Shown here: in pieces, positions 61,765-64,000 of the stretch
Layout: every line of letters starts with the position of its first letter
Numbering within the stretch: position 1 is the first letter of the stretch
Assembly: GCA_051294375.1 (NCBI GenBank)
Contig: CM119269.1
Coordinates: forward strand, 8,119,225 to 8,183,224
DNA length: 64,000 bases
Reading direction: 5' to 3'
Source: Paraspadella gotoi
Lineage: Eukaryota > Animalia > Chaetognatha
The notes under the pieces: model-generated
What the model was told of the DNA's origin: nothing
What the model saw: only the letters and a program-made list of their open reading frames with translations
The model's database searches: none
Translations under genes and position numbers: made by a program

Positions 61765-64000
61765 AGAGTTAGCGGGCGCGGCGTCGATCGTGGCCGAGCT
61801 CGGTGGGGAAAACGGGCGTCGCTTCTTTGGGGAAAGGGGCGCCGGTTTGTGGAGGGAGGGGCGTGGGTTTTGTGAGTTTTGGGCTCTCCTTCGTGGGGAA
61901 CTGAATAGCTCTAAATTCTTATATAAATAGCCAATTTTATTACCACAAAAGTGGTATTTAGGGCCTATTGCATCAAGCTTTTTTATTTTTTGACGAAAAA
62001 AGCCTATTACATGGACGGAATTTTCATGCTTTTTGCTCAAGGGGCATATTTTTCAAAAAAATGACTGAGCTGAATTCAAAACAGTTTAAACTTTATAAAG
62101 AGAGAAAAAAAATTGCGGAATTTTTTAGCAAAAGAAGGTTACGTTGTAATTTTTTAACTATTATTTTCACTCACACGCTTTTTAAACTCGAGTCTGTTTA
62201 CAGTTTAATTAACGGTTTCCTCTGTTCATTTGTTTGACTCGTAACGTCAGCCTCGTTTTCGCGATTCTATCTTCCCGAAAAATTAATAATCATTGGGCGG
62301 GGACGAATGCGCGATGCTTGGCAATGAGCCGTGTTGCTTGGCAATGAGCCTAGTAGCTTGGCTTTTAGTTGATATCTAAGCGTGAATCGTAGGCAATAAA
62401 GTAAAAGTATTTTAGCTAATTAGTATGGAATTATTAACGTATCGTTCGTACATTTGTAACAACGTGCTATCTGTGTATAATAGAAATTACTATTAAGTAT
62501 TTTGATATTTTCTTTCTAACTGCATTATTCATTGTATTTTGTCCGCAGCTTTTACTGTTTAATTCTCATTCACACTCTTTAAATAAAATTTATGTAATCC
62601 GAAATCACTCGCTTTTTTCACGAAAAGAACGGGGACTAATGAGTGGAGGAGAGGGAAAGAGAGCGGGAGATGGAGAGGAAGAGACGAAGAGAGAGAGAGG
62701 AGAGAGAGAGAGAGGAGAGGAGAGGAGGAGGAGAGAGAAGAGGGAGAGAGAGAGGAGAGAGAGGAGAAAGGAGAGAGAGAGAGAAGAGAGAGAGAGAGGT
62801 GTGTTACTCACTCTTTTTTATCCTTTTTTCCGCTTCGTCGTCGTCGTAGTCTCGTCATATTTCGTCGTCACCGCCGTCGGCGTTCTTGTTCCGCAATCGC
62901 ACATATCACGCGCGTTGCCTCACGGACGCGTCGTCGTCGTCGTCGTCGTAGTCATCTACGTCATCGTCGTTATCGAGATAGACGTTCGTCGTCGTCCTCT
63001 TCATCGTCGTCATTCTTTGGATGTCGTCGCCTGCAACGTCGTCGTCATCGTCGTCGTCGTCGTCGTTTTTCTACTCATCGTCGTCGTCATAGTCATAGTT
63101 CTGGCAGTCTTCTTCTTGGTCGTCGTCGTCGTCGTCGTCTTCGGCTGTCGTCGCCTCCCAAAAAAATCGCTCTCTCACTCCTTCGCTTCGTCTCCACAAT
63201 TTCCAGCGCCTGATTCGCCTGATTTCGTCTGATTTCGTATGACTTCGCCTGATTTCGCCTGATTTGGCCTCGAACACGTTTTCTTTTTCACTCAACAGTC
63301 AAGACTGTTGATGTGACCTGTTGATTGTCATTCAGTCAGACTCGTTGAACTTTTCATTAATTGTTTTGATTCCATTTTGAATTTACTGATTTAGCTATTT
63401 TTTACTATTTGTTAAATTTATTTTCAATATCGTTAATTTTTTTATTCAATTTTATAAATTTTTTATCTGTTATGAATTTCAAATTTTTATTTTTAATTTA
63501 GTTTTTAGTTTTACGATTTTATTCCATGTTTTTATTTGATTTTTTTATTTTAATATATCAAATAATTTCTTTCTTTTTTCTTTTTAACATTCATTATCTA
63601 TTTGAACCTCAAGTTCGCTTTCGGAAACTTTTTTCGACATAAAAAAAAGTTTCTTATATCTAAACATTTTTCTTTATTTTAAGTAATAAACAAAATCAAG
63701 AGGAGAGTATCATAGTCATTTCGCTCGCGCCACGAAGTATTACGCCACCGATTTTGTCCTTGATTCAGAAACGTCTCAACTACTTAACGCCACCGAATGC
63801 TCCCATAATCATCACTTCTTTAATTTAACCTTATCTAAAAATTCCGACTCACAATTTTAACTACACAAATAAAACTTTGTCGCATGAGAATCCCAAATAT
63901 GACGATACTAAAATTAAAACGAGACTAAAACTCTTTCGAAATTAAAATTAAAAGTCAAGTCTTATATTGGGCCCAACGCCAAACGTCTTCGTCCATCCAT

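Noticed and set aside
62639-63295. Val-rich plus-strand ORF and acidic minus-strand ORF
   Set aside because: Made of (GTC)n and 10-bp repeats, with stops in the acidic frame. It may be the 3' end of a gene outside the window, but this cannot be supported here.

Overview
Intron-rich, microsatellite-rich animal (invertebrate-like) genomic DNA with three N gaps and several probable long-read indel errors. Most entries in the ORF track are simple-repeat artefacts. Manual GT-AG splicing gives eight plus-strand genes: three tandem FMRFamide/peptide-receptor-like class A GPCRs (3113-27383), a tandem SUEL-domain lectin (~29793-31616), an astacin metalloprotease (33124-37209), a BK-channel beta-subunit/tipE-like two-TM protein (37878-42583), a small orphan secreted peptide precursor (5' end in a gap, to 43984) and a 27-exon NRPS-like A-T-R-R enzyme (47133-61764). 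The last has the domain order and A-domain motifs of fungal glycine betaine reductase ATRR and is the most notable item: a carrier-protein-dependent, two-step reductase fully intronised in an animal genome. Also notable are a 41-bp minisatellite made of about 27 copies of an exon/splice-donor junction, many introns with complementary G-rich 5' and C-rich 3' ends plus weak donors and frequent AAG acceptors, and intron-position turnover among the GPCR paralogs. All gene models were read by eye and none was checked against a database.
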